64,000 nt of DNA from Hypanus sabinus (Eukaryota): contig NC_082717.1 of assembly GCF_030144855.1 (NCBI RefSeq), positions 4,092,001 through 4,156,000 on the forward strand, written 5' to 3'. Positions within the stretch are counted from its first letter, which is position 1, and the number at the start of each line of letters is the position of its first letter. Shown piece after piece: positions 11,465 to 23,295 of the stretch. Position numbers and translations under genes: made by a program. Under the pieces are notes generated by a model. It was not told the DNA's origin, searched no databases, and saw only the letters and a program-made list of their open reading frames with translations.

Positions 11465-12619
11465 TGTCACAATGCGGAGGGACAAGGGTGCTGGGGGAGG
11501 ACCCAGATACATGTTGTAAGATTAACTAAATAGAGTTCATTACTATTTACAAGCAGAAATGTGACGCAAGGATAGAACAGAGAAATCAAGGAGAGTAAAG
11601 AGGAAGTGGGAATGGGGGTAATGGACGAGGACTCGGGCCTGGGACTAGGCTGGGACTCAGAGTCTGGGGGCTAGGACTTGGAGCTCGGAACATGGACCTC
11701 AGAGCTTGATACTCGATACGTGGGACACCGGAGCCAGGACTTGATACGTGGAACACCAGACACAGAGTCAGGACCCCTCCTTGGGTACAGGACATAGGGC
11801 CAGGACTCATACACGGAACACAAAACGACAGTCCACTCGAGTAGAGGCAAACGGCCTGCCCACTGAGCTGGATACGAGACCACACAACAATGGAGGGTCC
11901 ACTCGAGTAGAGGCAAACGGCCTGCCCACTGAGCTGGATACGAGACCACACAACAATGGAGGGTCCACTCGAGTAGAGGCAAACGGCCTGCCCGCTGAGC
12001 TGGATACGAGACCACACAACAATGGAGGGTCCACTCGAGTAGAGGCAAACGGCCTGCCCACTGAGCTGGATACGAGACCACACAACAATGGAGGGTCCAC
12101 TCGAGTAGAGGCAAACGGCCTGCCCACTGAGCTGGATACGAGACCACACAACAATGGAGGGTCCACTCGAGTAGAGGCAAACGGCCTGCCCACTGAGCAG
12201 GATACGAGACCACACAACAATGGACGGTACTATAAACTGGGCCCAAGTTTGCTCCAAGCAGCGGGAGCTCTTGACTCACCCTGGCGGGTTAACCTTGCCC
12301 GGACCCACTCTGGCAAGGGAAGGCGGCTTGCTGGCACTTGCTTCGGGAGGAGACTTGGCTCGATCCGGCAAGAAACTCAGTTGTCTCCGGCTAGATGAGT
12401 TTGGCTCACACTGGCTTTGGTGACTTCGTGAACGCCCTAGCGCCAAGCAGCTGAAGCTGGAGACTTATAAACTGCCAGTTCGGTCGAGAGTAAATTGCCT
12501 TTAATCACCAAGCCTGAGGAACATGGGAAAACAGGGGATTAAAGGGAAAAAGGAGTCAACGGTCCAGATTGTCACACAAACAAGGTAAATTTAAAGGGAA
12601 CCCAATCCAGACCATGACA
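11465..12619 (-). mobile_element. Solo LTR (1155 bp)
   Basis: TGTCA...TGACA termini. 5-bp TSD CCCAC/TCCAC (one mismatch). The flanking CR1 sequence rejoins across it. Confidence 0.75.
11831..12224 (+). repeat. 66-bp tandem repeat, 6 copies, inside the solo LTR
   Basis: Unit GTCCACTCGAGTAGAGGCAAACGGCCTGCCCACTGAGCTGGATACGAGACCACACAACAATGGAGG, copies nearly identical. Confidence 0.97.
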
Positions 12620-13074
12620 TCCACACAATCGATGCTCCTCTTCATCTTATACATCTCTATAGGGTCAACTCTCATCCTCCATTGCTCCAAGGGAAAAAGG
12701 CCAACTTCAATCAACCTATTCTCCTTCAATCCAGGCAACATTCTTGTAAATCTCCTCTGCACCCTCTCTATAGTATCCACATCCTTCCTGTAGTGAGGTG
12801 CTTAGAACTGAACACAGTACTGCAAGTGGGGTCTGACCAAGGTCTTTTATAGCTGTAACGTTACCTCATGGCTCTTGAACTCAGTCCCAAGGTTGATGAA
12901 TGCCGACACACCATACACCTTCTTAATAACACTGTCAGCCTGCACAGCAGCTTCAAATGCCCTATGGACACAAACCCCAAGATCTCTCAGATCATCCACA
13001 CTGCCGAGAGTCTTACCATTAATATTATATTCTGTCTTCAAATTTGACCTACCAAAATTAACCACTTCATACTT

Positions 13075-13280
13075 AAACAACACACACAAAGTGCTGGTGG
13101 AACACAGCAGACCAGGCAGCATCTATAAGGAGAATCACTGTCGACGTTTGTCAGGGTCTTGGCCCAAAACATCAACAGTGCTTCTCCTTACAAATGCTGC
13201 CTGGCCTGCTGTGCGTTCCACCAGCACTTTGTGTGTGTTGTTTGAATTTCCAGCATCTGTAGATTTCCCTGTGTTTGCAC
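13075..13280. mobile_element. Palindromic Penelope-pLTR-derived short repeat
   Basis: Inverted arms ACACAAAGTGCTGGTGGAAC.CAGCAG.CCAGGCAGCAT ... TGCTGCCTGGCCTGCTG.GTTCCACCAGCACTTTGTGT, with partial hammerhead halves in the middle. Confidence 0.7.
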
Positions 13281-13749
13281 TTCATACTAAAGTCCATCTG
13301 CCACTTCTCAACCCGGATCTGCACCCAATTGATGTCTCGCTGTGACCTCTGACAAGCCTCCAGACTATCCATAACACACCCAACATCAGTAAAATACTAA
13401 CCCATCCTTCGATTTCTTCATCTAGGTCATTTATAAAAATCACAAAGAGGAGGAGTCCCAGATCAGATCCCTGCGGAACACCACTGGTCACTGACCTCCA
13501 CGTAGAATACAGACCATCTACAACCACCCTTTGCCCTATGTGGGCAAGCCATTTCTGGATCCACAATTCTGGAATCGAAGAGTGAGAGAACTTCACACAG
13601 GTCAGGGAGAAGAGTTTATAAAAGATATTATTACGAGTTCATGTTTCAACCATTTTCCAACAGTTTATTTTTCTTTTTATATTGTTTGTTTACTTCCTAA
13701 GTAATTTTAGAACAGTTCTTGAGCATGCATGCAAGTGAAAAGGGAGGTG

Positions 13750-15450
13750 AGAGTTGATACTGGACCTTTAGAAAATGATGTTGATAAGGTAGTAATGGGT
13801 AACAAAAAATAGTAGATGAACTTATTGGGGACCTGCATCTGTCTTCACTGGGAAAGACACTAGCAGTGTGCCAGAGGCCCGCGAGTGTCAGGGAGCAGGA
13901 GTCCGTGCCATTGCTATTACAAAGGAAATAGTCCTAGGCAAACTCAATGTTCTTTAGGTGGATAAGTCACCTGGGCCAGATGGACTACATCCCAGAGTCC
14001 CGAAAGAGGTTGCTGAAGAGATAACGGATGCATTGGCCATGATCTTTCAAGAATCACTGGATCCTGGCATTACCCCCGAGGGTGGAAGATTGCAAATGTC
14101 ACCCCACTCTTTAAGAAGTGAGGAAGGCAAAAAATGTAAATTGTAGGCCAGTTAGCCTAACCTCAGTGGTTGGAAACGTTTCAGTCTATTACTAAGAATG
14201 AGATTTCAAGCTACTTGGAGGCTAATGAGAAAATAAGTCAAAGTTAGCATGGTTTCTGTCAAGGGAAATCTTGCCTGACAAATCCGTTAGAGTTCTTCGG
14301 GGAAGTAACAAGCAGGGTGGACAAAGGAGAGGCAGTGGATGTCACTTACTTGGATTTACAGAAGGCATTTGATAAGGTGTCACACAAGAGGCTGCTGAAC
14401 AAGAAAAAATCCTATGATATTACAGGAAAGATACTGGCATGGATAGTGGAATGGCTGACAGACAGGAGGCCGGTGACTAGTGGTGTTCCTCGGGGGTCAG
14501 TATTGGGACTGCTACTTTTCACATTGTTTGTCAATGATTTGGATAATGGAATTGATGGCTTTGTGGCAAACTTTGTGGATGATACGTAGGCAGGTGGAAG
14601 GGTAGGTAGTATGATTGCAAGAGAACTCAAAAAGATTGGAAGAATGAGCAAAAAGATGGCAGTTGGAATACAGTGTTGGGAAATGTATGATAATGCATTT
14701 TGGTGAAAGGAATAATAGTGTGGACTGTTATCTAAACAGGGAGAAGGTTCAAACATCAGAGGTGCAGAGAAACTTTGTGCAAGACTCCCAGAAGATTAAT
14801 TTATGGATTGAGTATATGGTAAGGAAGGCAAATGCAATGTTGACATTCATTTCAAGGGGAATTGAATATAAAAACAAAGGGATATGCTGAGCCTTTATAA
14901 GACACTAGTCAGTCCGCACTTAGTATTGTCAACTGTTCCGGGTCTCATATCTCAGAAAGGATGTATTGCCATTGGAGAGAGTCCAGAGGATGTTCATGAG
15001 GATGCCTCTGAGAATGAAGGGGTTAACATAAAAAGAGTGTTTGGCAGCTTTTGGGCCTGTAATCACTGGAATTTAGAAGAACTTGTGGGGGATCTCATTG
15101 AAACCTACCGAATGTTAAAAGTACTAGATAGGGTAGATGTTGAGAGGATGTATCCTATGGTGAGGGCACAGCCTCAAAATTGAGGAGCAACCCTTTAGAG
15201 CAGAGATAAGGAGGAGTTTTTCTTAGCCAGAGGATAGTGAATCTGTGGAAGGCCCTGCCACAGACTGCAGTAGAAGCCAAGTCAGTGGGTATATTTAAGG
15301 TGAAAGTTGATAGTTTCCTGATCAATCAGGGTATCAAATGATATGGAGAGAAGATATGATATGGGGTTGAGTGGGATCCAGGATCAGCCATGATGGAATG
15401 GTGGAGCAGACAGATGGGCTGAATGGCCTAATTCTGTTGCTGTGTCTTAT
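13750..15450 (+). mobile_element. CR1 LINE, decayed RT to 3' end
   Basis: DKSPGPDGLHPRV, YLDLQKAFDKVSH, SGVPRGSVLG.LLF, FISRGIEYK. Confidence 0.88.
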
Positions 15451-17112
15451 GGTCTCTGGTCTTTTGAAGGAAAGCTGCTGCTTGCTGGCCCATAGTTGTT
15501 TGGGAGGTATTGTTGGGGCTGTGGAAAGGTTGTGATACCACCCAGATTTTGAGCTGTCTTGATGGAACCTTGATGAAAGTAAAGTCATCCATTAAAGGAG
15601 ATGGTTTGTAGTCACCGTTTATATGGACAAAGATAGATTCTGCATGCTTGCTACATTGCTTGTCGAACCACTTTGCTGTGAGGTCAAGGTGGGAGAGACA
15701 GGAGGCTGGCAGGACTGGCCGATTGTCTCCTTGACATAGATACTGCTGAGGCAGGAGGTCATGCAACTGGGGCATCTGCTCTCGAGAGTGCTAGTTCTGA
15801 AGATGTTCACAGGTGAGGGTTTATGTGAAGTCCCTCGGCAGACGTCGCCTACTATAACCCACCCCAGTGAGACCTCTGTGCAAAGGGAGTGTATGGAGGC
15901 CGATTACGTTACTTGAGTCCCTTGTGTACCTGTATGATGTCACTTCCCAGCAGGAGCAGGATCTCAGCCTTTCAGTCGAGTGACAGCATCTTACTGGCTA
16001 GGGACTTGGGGTGAGGGTGGCGAGTCGCAGCTTCTGGAATGGGGACTTGCTTCCTGTTGTCCGGAAATTCGTCACATTCAATGAGCGTGAGGAGAGCTAC
16101 GTGAGTCTTTCCACCAACAGAATCAACAATAATGCCTCTTGCTCTTCACCCAACTGTCTGAAACACACCTGCACATGTCTGAAGTGTGTAAGGGGAGGTG
16201 CCATTGTTTATGTTAAAGACTTTGAAAAAAAGATGAATTTGCTGAAGTCTTCTAGCTCTGATCATCCAATACAACATACACCCTCATCCTCTTCTCACGA
16301 TGGCCTTCTGGGCAAACATTGATGCGGCAGATCTTTGACTTACTGGCAGAGTTTTCCCCACAGACCTCTGGATAATGAGGACTTCCAAGCCAAGTAATTC
16401 TCTGGTTTATCATCAATATTGTGAGTCCGGCCGTCAGCTGGTCATGACAGGCTAGGAATCTCACAGAATCTGACAGATCATGATTGGGTTGGGGTACGGT
16501 TCAGGGAACTGAGCAGCATCACCACCTGTGTTATGCCATAGTACGTAGGAGTATTGTTTCCAGAAATGGAGATGGTGAAATGAAGAATGGATACTCTACA
16601 TATGGCCTCACTAGAGTTATGTAAAGCTGCAACATAAATTCCTGACATTTGAACTTAATTCCTTGTCTAATAAAGGCAAGAATGGTGGAGAGGATTGGGA
16701 AATTAATATCTAAGGTCATCAGGAAATATGGAAGGATAGGCAGGAAGATAAGGGAGATGGGATAGCTCTCTTAATTAAGGATGAGATAGGGCAATAGTGA
16801 GAGACGATATAAGATCTAAGGATCAGAATGTTGAATCCGTCTGGGTAGAGATGGGGAATAGTAAAGGGAAAATCACTGGAGGGAGCTGTCACTGAATGAT
16901 AACATGACATGAGAGTGGCATCGGCAGTAGACAGTGAAATATCTGATGCACGTAAGAGTGGAACAGCAGCAATCTTCAGGAGGACTTCATCGAATGTCCG
17001 GAACAAAGTTTAAAAAGGGAAAGCTTCGCAGGAATTCGGTTATAGCTGGCACACCAATCGTGAGTTGGAGAGCTGGGAAGATGCAGACATAAAAGGCAGG
17101 CACTGCCCAGTG

Positions 17113-17880
17113 GAGTGGTCACCAAAGGAGTGGTCATCGACGGAGGGGTCATCGACGGAGTGGTCATCGACGGAGTGGTCATCGACGGAGTGGTCGTCGA
17201 CGGAGTGGTCATCGATGGAGTGGTCATCGACGGAGTGGTCATCGACGGAGTGGTCATCGACGGAGTGGTCATCGACAGAGTGGTCATCGACGGAGTGGTC
17301 ATCGACGGAGTGGTCATCGACGGAGTGGTCATCGATGGAGTGGTCATCGACAGAGTGGTCTGTGTCAGAGTGGTCATCGACGGAGTGGTCATCGACGGAG
17401 TGGTCATCGATGGAGTGGTCATCGACGGAGTGGTCATCGACAGAGTGGTCATCGACAGAGTGGTCATCGATGGAGTGGTCATCGACGGAGTGGTCTGTGT
17501 CAGAGTGGTCATCGACGGAGTGGTCATCGACAGAGTGGTCATTGACGGAGTGGTCATCGACAGAGTGGTCTGTGTCAGAGTGGTCATCGACGGAGGGGTC
17601 ATCGACAGTGGTCATCGACGGAGTGGTCATCGACAGAGTGGTCATCGATAGAGTGGTCATAGACGGAGTGGTCTTTGTCAGGGTGGTCATCGACGGAGGG
17701 GTCATCGACGGAGTGGTCATCGACGGAGGGGTCATCGACAGAGTGGTCATCGACAGAGTGGTCATCGACGGAGGGGTCATCGACGGAGTGGTCATCGATG
17801 GAGTGGTCATCGACGGAGTGGTCATCGACGGAGTGGTCAGTGTCAGGGTGGTCATCGACGGAGTGGTCTGTGTCAGGGTG
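17113..17880 (+). repeat. 15-bp minisatellite, about 50 copies, in a CR1 5' UTR
   Basis: Unit GAGTGGTCATCGACG with variant GAGTGGTCTGTGTCA. Followed by GGCTTTGGCTCA (also at about 18640 ahead of the second ORF1) and by ORF1. Confidence 0.95.
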
Positions 17881-20460
17881 GTGGGGCTTTGGCTCATTCA
17901 GGCTTTGGCCAGGTAAGTGGGTAGGTGAACTTTATTTTTTTTCCTTGCATTTTTTTTGAGGAATAGAGAGCATGTCTGTAGGGTTAGAACGTTGCTCTGG
18001 GTGTCAGATGAGGGAATCCCTGGAATATTCCAGTCTCCCAGATGGCCACGTCTGTGCCAGGTGCACTGAGATGCAGCTCCTGAGAGACCGTGTTAGGGAT
18101 CTGGAGCTGTGGCTCGATGACCTGCAGCTTATGAGGGAAAGTGAGCAGGAGATAGGTAGGAGCTACAAGATAGGAGCTACAAGGAGTTAGTCACCCTGTG
18201 GCTGCAGGAGTTAGACAAGAGGGTGACTGTCAGGGAAGGGAGGGAAGAGCTCAGATGGTAGAGAGTACCCCTGTGGGAACCACCTCAGTAATCATTATCT
18301 CGTTTTGGATCCTGTTGAAGGGGATGAGCTGACAGAGGACGACCACGACAAATGGATCTCTGACACTGAGCCTGGTTCCGTGGTGTAGAAGGGAAAGAGG
18401 AAGATGAGGAATGCCGGGATGCGGATTACAAATTACAGCAGGAGACAGAAAAGGCGTGTCAGAAGGGCAATGTCATGATAATCGTTGGGGACTTTAACAT
18501 GAAAGTGGATTGGGAAAACCAGGAGAGAGAATTTGTAGAATGTCTAAGGGATGGCTTTTTCGAACAGAGTTTAAAAGGAGAACAGTTTTATCGAGCGGGA
18601 GCCTGAGGAGCAGGAGTTGGAGGAGAGGGAGTCAGAGGAGGAGGGCTTTGGCTCAACGGGGCTTTGGTGGTGACGGTCGAGCTGAGGTTTGTTACTTGTG
18701 TGGAATAAAAACAGGAAGTATCTGTGTGAGGCTGGTGTTCTGTAACGGGTGTCAGTTGTGGGATGTCTGGGAGACCTCCCAGTCTTCGAAATGGCCACAT
18801 CTGCACCAGTGTGTCAAGCTACAGCTCCTTAGGGACTGGGTTGGGGAAGTGGAGATGCAGCTCGATGACCTTCATCTGGTCAGGGAGAGTGAGGAGGTGA
18901 TAGAGAGGAACTATAGGCAAGTAGTCACACCAGGGCCTTGGGAGACAGATAATGGGCAAGAGTCAGATAGCAGAGAGTACCCCTGTAACTGTCCTCCTTA
19001 ACATTAAGTACTCCCGTTTGAGTTTCGTTGGGGGGAAACGGCCTACATGGGGGAAGCAACAGTGGCCGTGCCTCTGGCACAGGGCATGGCCTTGTGGCTC
19101 AGAAGGGTAGGAAAAGGAAGAAGGCAGAAGTAATAGGGGACTCTGTAGTTAGGGGGTCAGACAGGCGATTCTGTGGACACAGGAAAGAAACACAGATGGT
19201 AGTTTGCCTCCCAGGTGCCAGGGTCCAGGATGTTTCTGATCACGGCCACGATATCCTGAAGTGGGAAGGAGAACAGCCAGAGGTCGTGGTACATGTTGGC
19301 ACCAATGACATATGTAGGAAAAGGGAGGAGGTCCTGAAAAGAGACGGGTTACACCTGAACTACAAGGGCACCAATATATCTGCAGGGAGGTTTGCTCATG
19401 TTATTGGGGAGGGTTTAAACTAGATTTGCAGGGGGATGGGAACCAGAGTGCCAGAGTAAATAGTGGAACAGGGGTAAAAATAAATGATGTTAGTAGTTCA
19501 TGAAAAGTCACAAATAGTAAGGTTGTGTGTGGTGGTAACAATCTTCTGAGGTGTGTATACTTCAATGTGAGGAGTATTGTGAGAAGGCAGATGAGCTGAG
19601 GGCCTGGATTGACATGTGGAATTATGACATCATAGCCATGACTGAAACTTGTCTACAGGAGGGGCAGGACTGGCAGCTCAATGTTCCAGGGTTCCGATGT
19701 TTCAGACGTGACGGAGGCAGAGGGATGAAGGGTGGCTTTGCTAGTCAGGGAAAATGTTACAGCAGTGCTTCAGCAGGACAGATTAGAGGGCTTGTCTACT
19801 GAGGCCATATGGGTGGAGCTGAGAAACAGGAAAGGTATGACCACATTAATAGGGTTGTATTATAGACCACCCATTAGTTAGCGAGAATTGGAGGAGCAAA
19901 TCTGCAGAGAGATAACAGACAACTGCAGGAGACAGAAAGTTGTGATTGTAGGGGATTTTAATTCTTCACACATTGATTGGGACTCCCATACTGTTAAAGG
20001 TCTAGATGGGTTAGAGTTTGTGAAATGTGTTCAGGAAAATTTTCTAAATCGATATATAGATGTACCAACTAGGGTGGATGCAATATTAGATCTTGTGGTG
20101 AACTACATATACCTGTCTGGACACGCCCTTCTGCTGACTGCTCCTGTGGCTCCTCCCATAGACCCCTGAATAAAGGCGGTTGGAGGCACTGCTCCCCCCT
20201 CAGTCTCCAGGATGTTGTGTGGTGGTCTCTTGCTACTAATCGTGGTCTCTTGCAGCTAATAAAAGCCGATCGTTCGCCTCCCGTCTCCGAGAGTTATTGA
20301 TGGTGCATCCGATCTCCTCTTAGGAAATGAGTTAGGGCAGGTGACGGAAGTGTGTGTAGGGGAACACTTTGGTTCCAGTGATCATAATGTCATTAGTTTC
20401 AACTTGATCATGGATAAAGATAGATCTGGTCCTTGTAAACTGGAAAAAGGCTAAATCTGA
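17880..20460 (+). mobile_element. CR1 5' regions: two ORF1 remnants (zinc finger/leucine zipper, SGNH esterase) and ORF2 endonuclease
   Basis: C..C.M.E....PD.HVC.RC...QLLRDRV..LE..LDDL at 17972 and about 18750; VIGDSVVRGSDRRFCG...VVHVGTND at 19028-19423; DIIAMTET and IVGDFN. Confidence 0.85.
20094..20310 (+). mobile_element. Solo LTR (217 bp) inserted in CR1 endonuclease
   Basis: Starts TGTGGTG, contains AATAAA, ends GCATCC (CA mutated). Perfect 5-bp TSD GATCT at 20089-20093 and 20311-20315. Confidence 0.8.
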
Positions 20461-20689
20461 AGAAAGGAGAAAGGATTTAAAAAGTGAGATCCATTCTGGC
20501 CAGATTGTACTGTCAGGACGCTGGAGCAGGGACCCAGTCACAGAACCAGTACTGAGCACACAGTGATGTTAATTGAGTGCCATTTGAGTGCAAGCAAAGT
20601 CTGCGTCAAAGTCCAGGCAGAGATCAAAACAGCCAAAAAATCAAAAAGCAGGATCAGGAAACAGGCAGAGTCGATATTCAGACAGACAG

Positions 20690-22800
20690 AGTAACATAGA
20701 AACAGAGAAAACCTACAGCACAATACAGGCCCTTTATCTCACAGAGTACTGAACATGTCCCTACCTTAGAAATTACTAGGCTTACCTATAGCCCTTTATT
20801 TTTCTAAGCTCCATGTACCTCTCTAAAATTCTCTTAAAATACCCTATCATATCCGTCCCCACCACTGTTGCCGGCAGCCCATTCCATGCACTCACCACTC
20901 TCTGCATAAAAAAACTTACCCGACATCTCCTCTGTAGCTACTCCCCGGCACCTTAAACCCATGTCCTGGTGGCAACCATTTCAGCCCTGGGAAAAAGCCT
21001 CTGACTATCCACACAATCAATGCTTTTCATCATCTTGTACACCTCTGTCAGGTCACCTCTCATCCAAGGAGAAAAGGCCAAGTTCACTCAACCTGTTTTC
21101 ATAAGACATGCTCTCCAATCCAGGCAAAATCCTTGTAAATCTCCTCTGCACCCTTTCTATGGTTTCCATATCCTTACTGTAGTGAGGCAACCAGAACTGA
21201 GCACAGTTCTCCAAGTGGGGTCTGACCAGGGTCCTATTTAGCTGCAACATTACCTCTCAGCTCCTAAATTCAATTCCACGATTGATGAAGGCCGATATGC
21301 TCTATGCCTTCTTAACCACAGAGTCAACCTGTGCAGCTGCTTTGACTGTCCTATGGACATGGACCCCAAGATCCCTCTGATCCTCCACACTGCCAAGAGT
21401 GTTACCATTAATATCATATTCTGTCATCATATTTGATCTACCAAAATGAACCACTTCACACTTATCTGGGTTGAATTCCATCTGCCACTTCTCAGCCCAG
21501 TTTTGCATCCTATCAAAGTCCCGCTGTAACCTCTGACAGCACTCCACACTATCCACAACACCCCAACCTTTGTGTCATCAGCAAACTTACTAACCCATCC
21601 CTCCACTTCCTCATCCAGGTCATTTAAAAAAATCACGGAAAGTAAGGGTCCCAGAACAGATCCCTGAAGCACACCACCAGTCACGGACCTCCATGCAGAG
21701 TATGGCCTGTCTGCAACCACTCTTTGCCTTCTGTGGGCAAGCCAGATCTGGATCCACAAAGCAATATCCCCTTGGATCCCATGCCTCCTTACTTTCTCAA
21801 TAAGCCTGGCATGGGGTATGTTATCAAATACCTTGCTGAAATCCATATACACTACATCTACTGCTCTTCCTTCATCAATCTGTTTAGTCACATCCTCAAA
21901 AAATTCAGTCAGGCTCTTAAGACACGACCTGCCATTGACAAAGCTATGATGACTATTCCTAATCACATTATGCCTCTCCAAATGTTCATGAATCCTGCCT
22001 CTCAGGATCTTCTCCATCAACTTACCAGCCACTGAAGTAAGACTCACTGGTCTATAATTTCATGGGCTCTCCCTACTCTATTTCTTAAATAAGGGAACAA
22101 CATCCGCAACCCTCCAATCCTCTGGAACCTCTCCGTCCCCATTGATGATGCAAAGATCATCACCAGAGGCTCAGCAATCTCCTCCCTCGCCTCCCACAGT
22201 AGCCTGGGGTACATCCCATCCGGTCCTGGCAACTTATCCAACTTGATGCTTTACAAAAGCTCCAGCACATCCTCTTTCTTAATATCTACATGCTCAAGCT
22301 TTTTAGTCTGTTGCAAGTCATCACTACAATCAACAAGATCCTTTTCCATAGTGAATATTGAAGTATTCATTAAGTACCTCTGGTATTTCTGTCAGTTCCA
22401 TACACATTTTCCCACTGTCACACTTGATAGGTCCTATTATTCCACACCTTATTCTCTTGCTCTTCATATGCTTGTAGAAAGCCTTGAAGTTTTCCTTAAT
22501 CCTGCCTGCCAAGGCCTTCTCATGGCCTGTTCTGGTTCTCCTAATTTCCTTCTTAAGCCTCTTCCTAGTAGCCTTATAATCTTCTAGATCTCTAACATTA
22601 CCTAGCTCTCTGAAATTTTTGTAAGCTTTTCTTTTCTTCTTGACAACATTTATTACAGCCTTTGTACACCACAGTTCCTGTGCCCTCCCATAACACTCTT
22701 GTCTCATTGGAATGTACCTATACAGAACTCCACACAAATATCCCCTGAACATTTGCCACATTTCTTCCATACTTTTCCCTGAGAACATCTGTTTCCAATT
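20690..22800 (-). mobile_element. CR1 LINE (linker, RT, 3' end)
   Basis: ORFs 22330-22788, 22044-22241, 21427-22047, 21302-21556 and 21053-21250 with CR1 RT motifs. Confidence 0.92.
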
Positions 22801-23295
22801 TGTGTGCAGTTTTGGTCACCTAGTTACAGGGAGGATATTAATAAGGTTGAAAGAGTGCAGAGAAAGTTTACAAGGATGTTACTGGGACTTGAGAAACTGA
22901 GTTACAGAGAAAGGTTAAATAGGTTAGGACTTTATTCCCTGGAGCGTAGGAGAATGGGGGGTGATTTGATAGAGATGTATAAAGTTATGATGGGTATAGA
23001 TAGAGTGAATGCAAGCAGGCTTTTTCCACTGAGGCTAGGGGAGAAAAAAAACCAGAGGTCATGGGTTAAGGGTGAAGGGGGAAAAGTTTAAAGGGAACAT
23101 TAGGGAGGGCTTCTTCATGCAGAGAGTGGTGGGAGTGGGCTCACTTTTGACATTTAAGAAAAACTTGGACAGGTATATGGATGAGAGGGGTTTGGAGGGA
23201 TATGGCCCAGGCGCAGGTCAGTGGGACTAGGCAGAAAAATGGTTCAGCACAGCCAAGAAGGGCCAAAAGGCCTGTTTCTGTGCAGGAATGTTCTA
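22801..23295 (+). mobile_element. CR1 3' end
   Basis: QFWSPSYREDINKVERVQRKFTRML; same subfamily as 10150-10690. Confidence 0.88.

Larger units (their letters stand above)
10958..13560 (-). mobile_element. CR1 3' ends and RT fragments (several), interrupted by a solo LTR and a Penelope-derived repeat
   Basis: AACATAGAACAGTACAGCACAGG tails. ORFs 11224-11439, 12556-12780, 12847-13122 and 13282-13596 carry CR1 motifs. Confidence 0.8.

Noticed and set aside
11831-12224. CRISPR-like regular array
   Set aside because: Identical head-to-tail units with no unique spacers, in a eukaryotic LTR.
16976-17959. Mucin-like or acidic repeat ORFs (MTTPS, VDDHS, EWSST)
   Set aside because: Products of a 15-bp tandem repeat on both strands.
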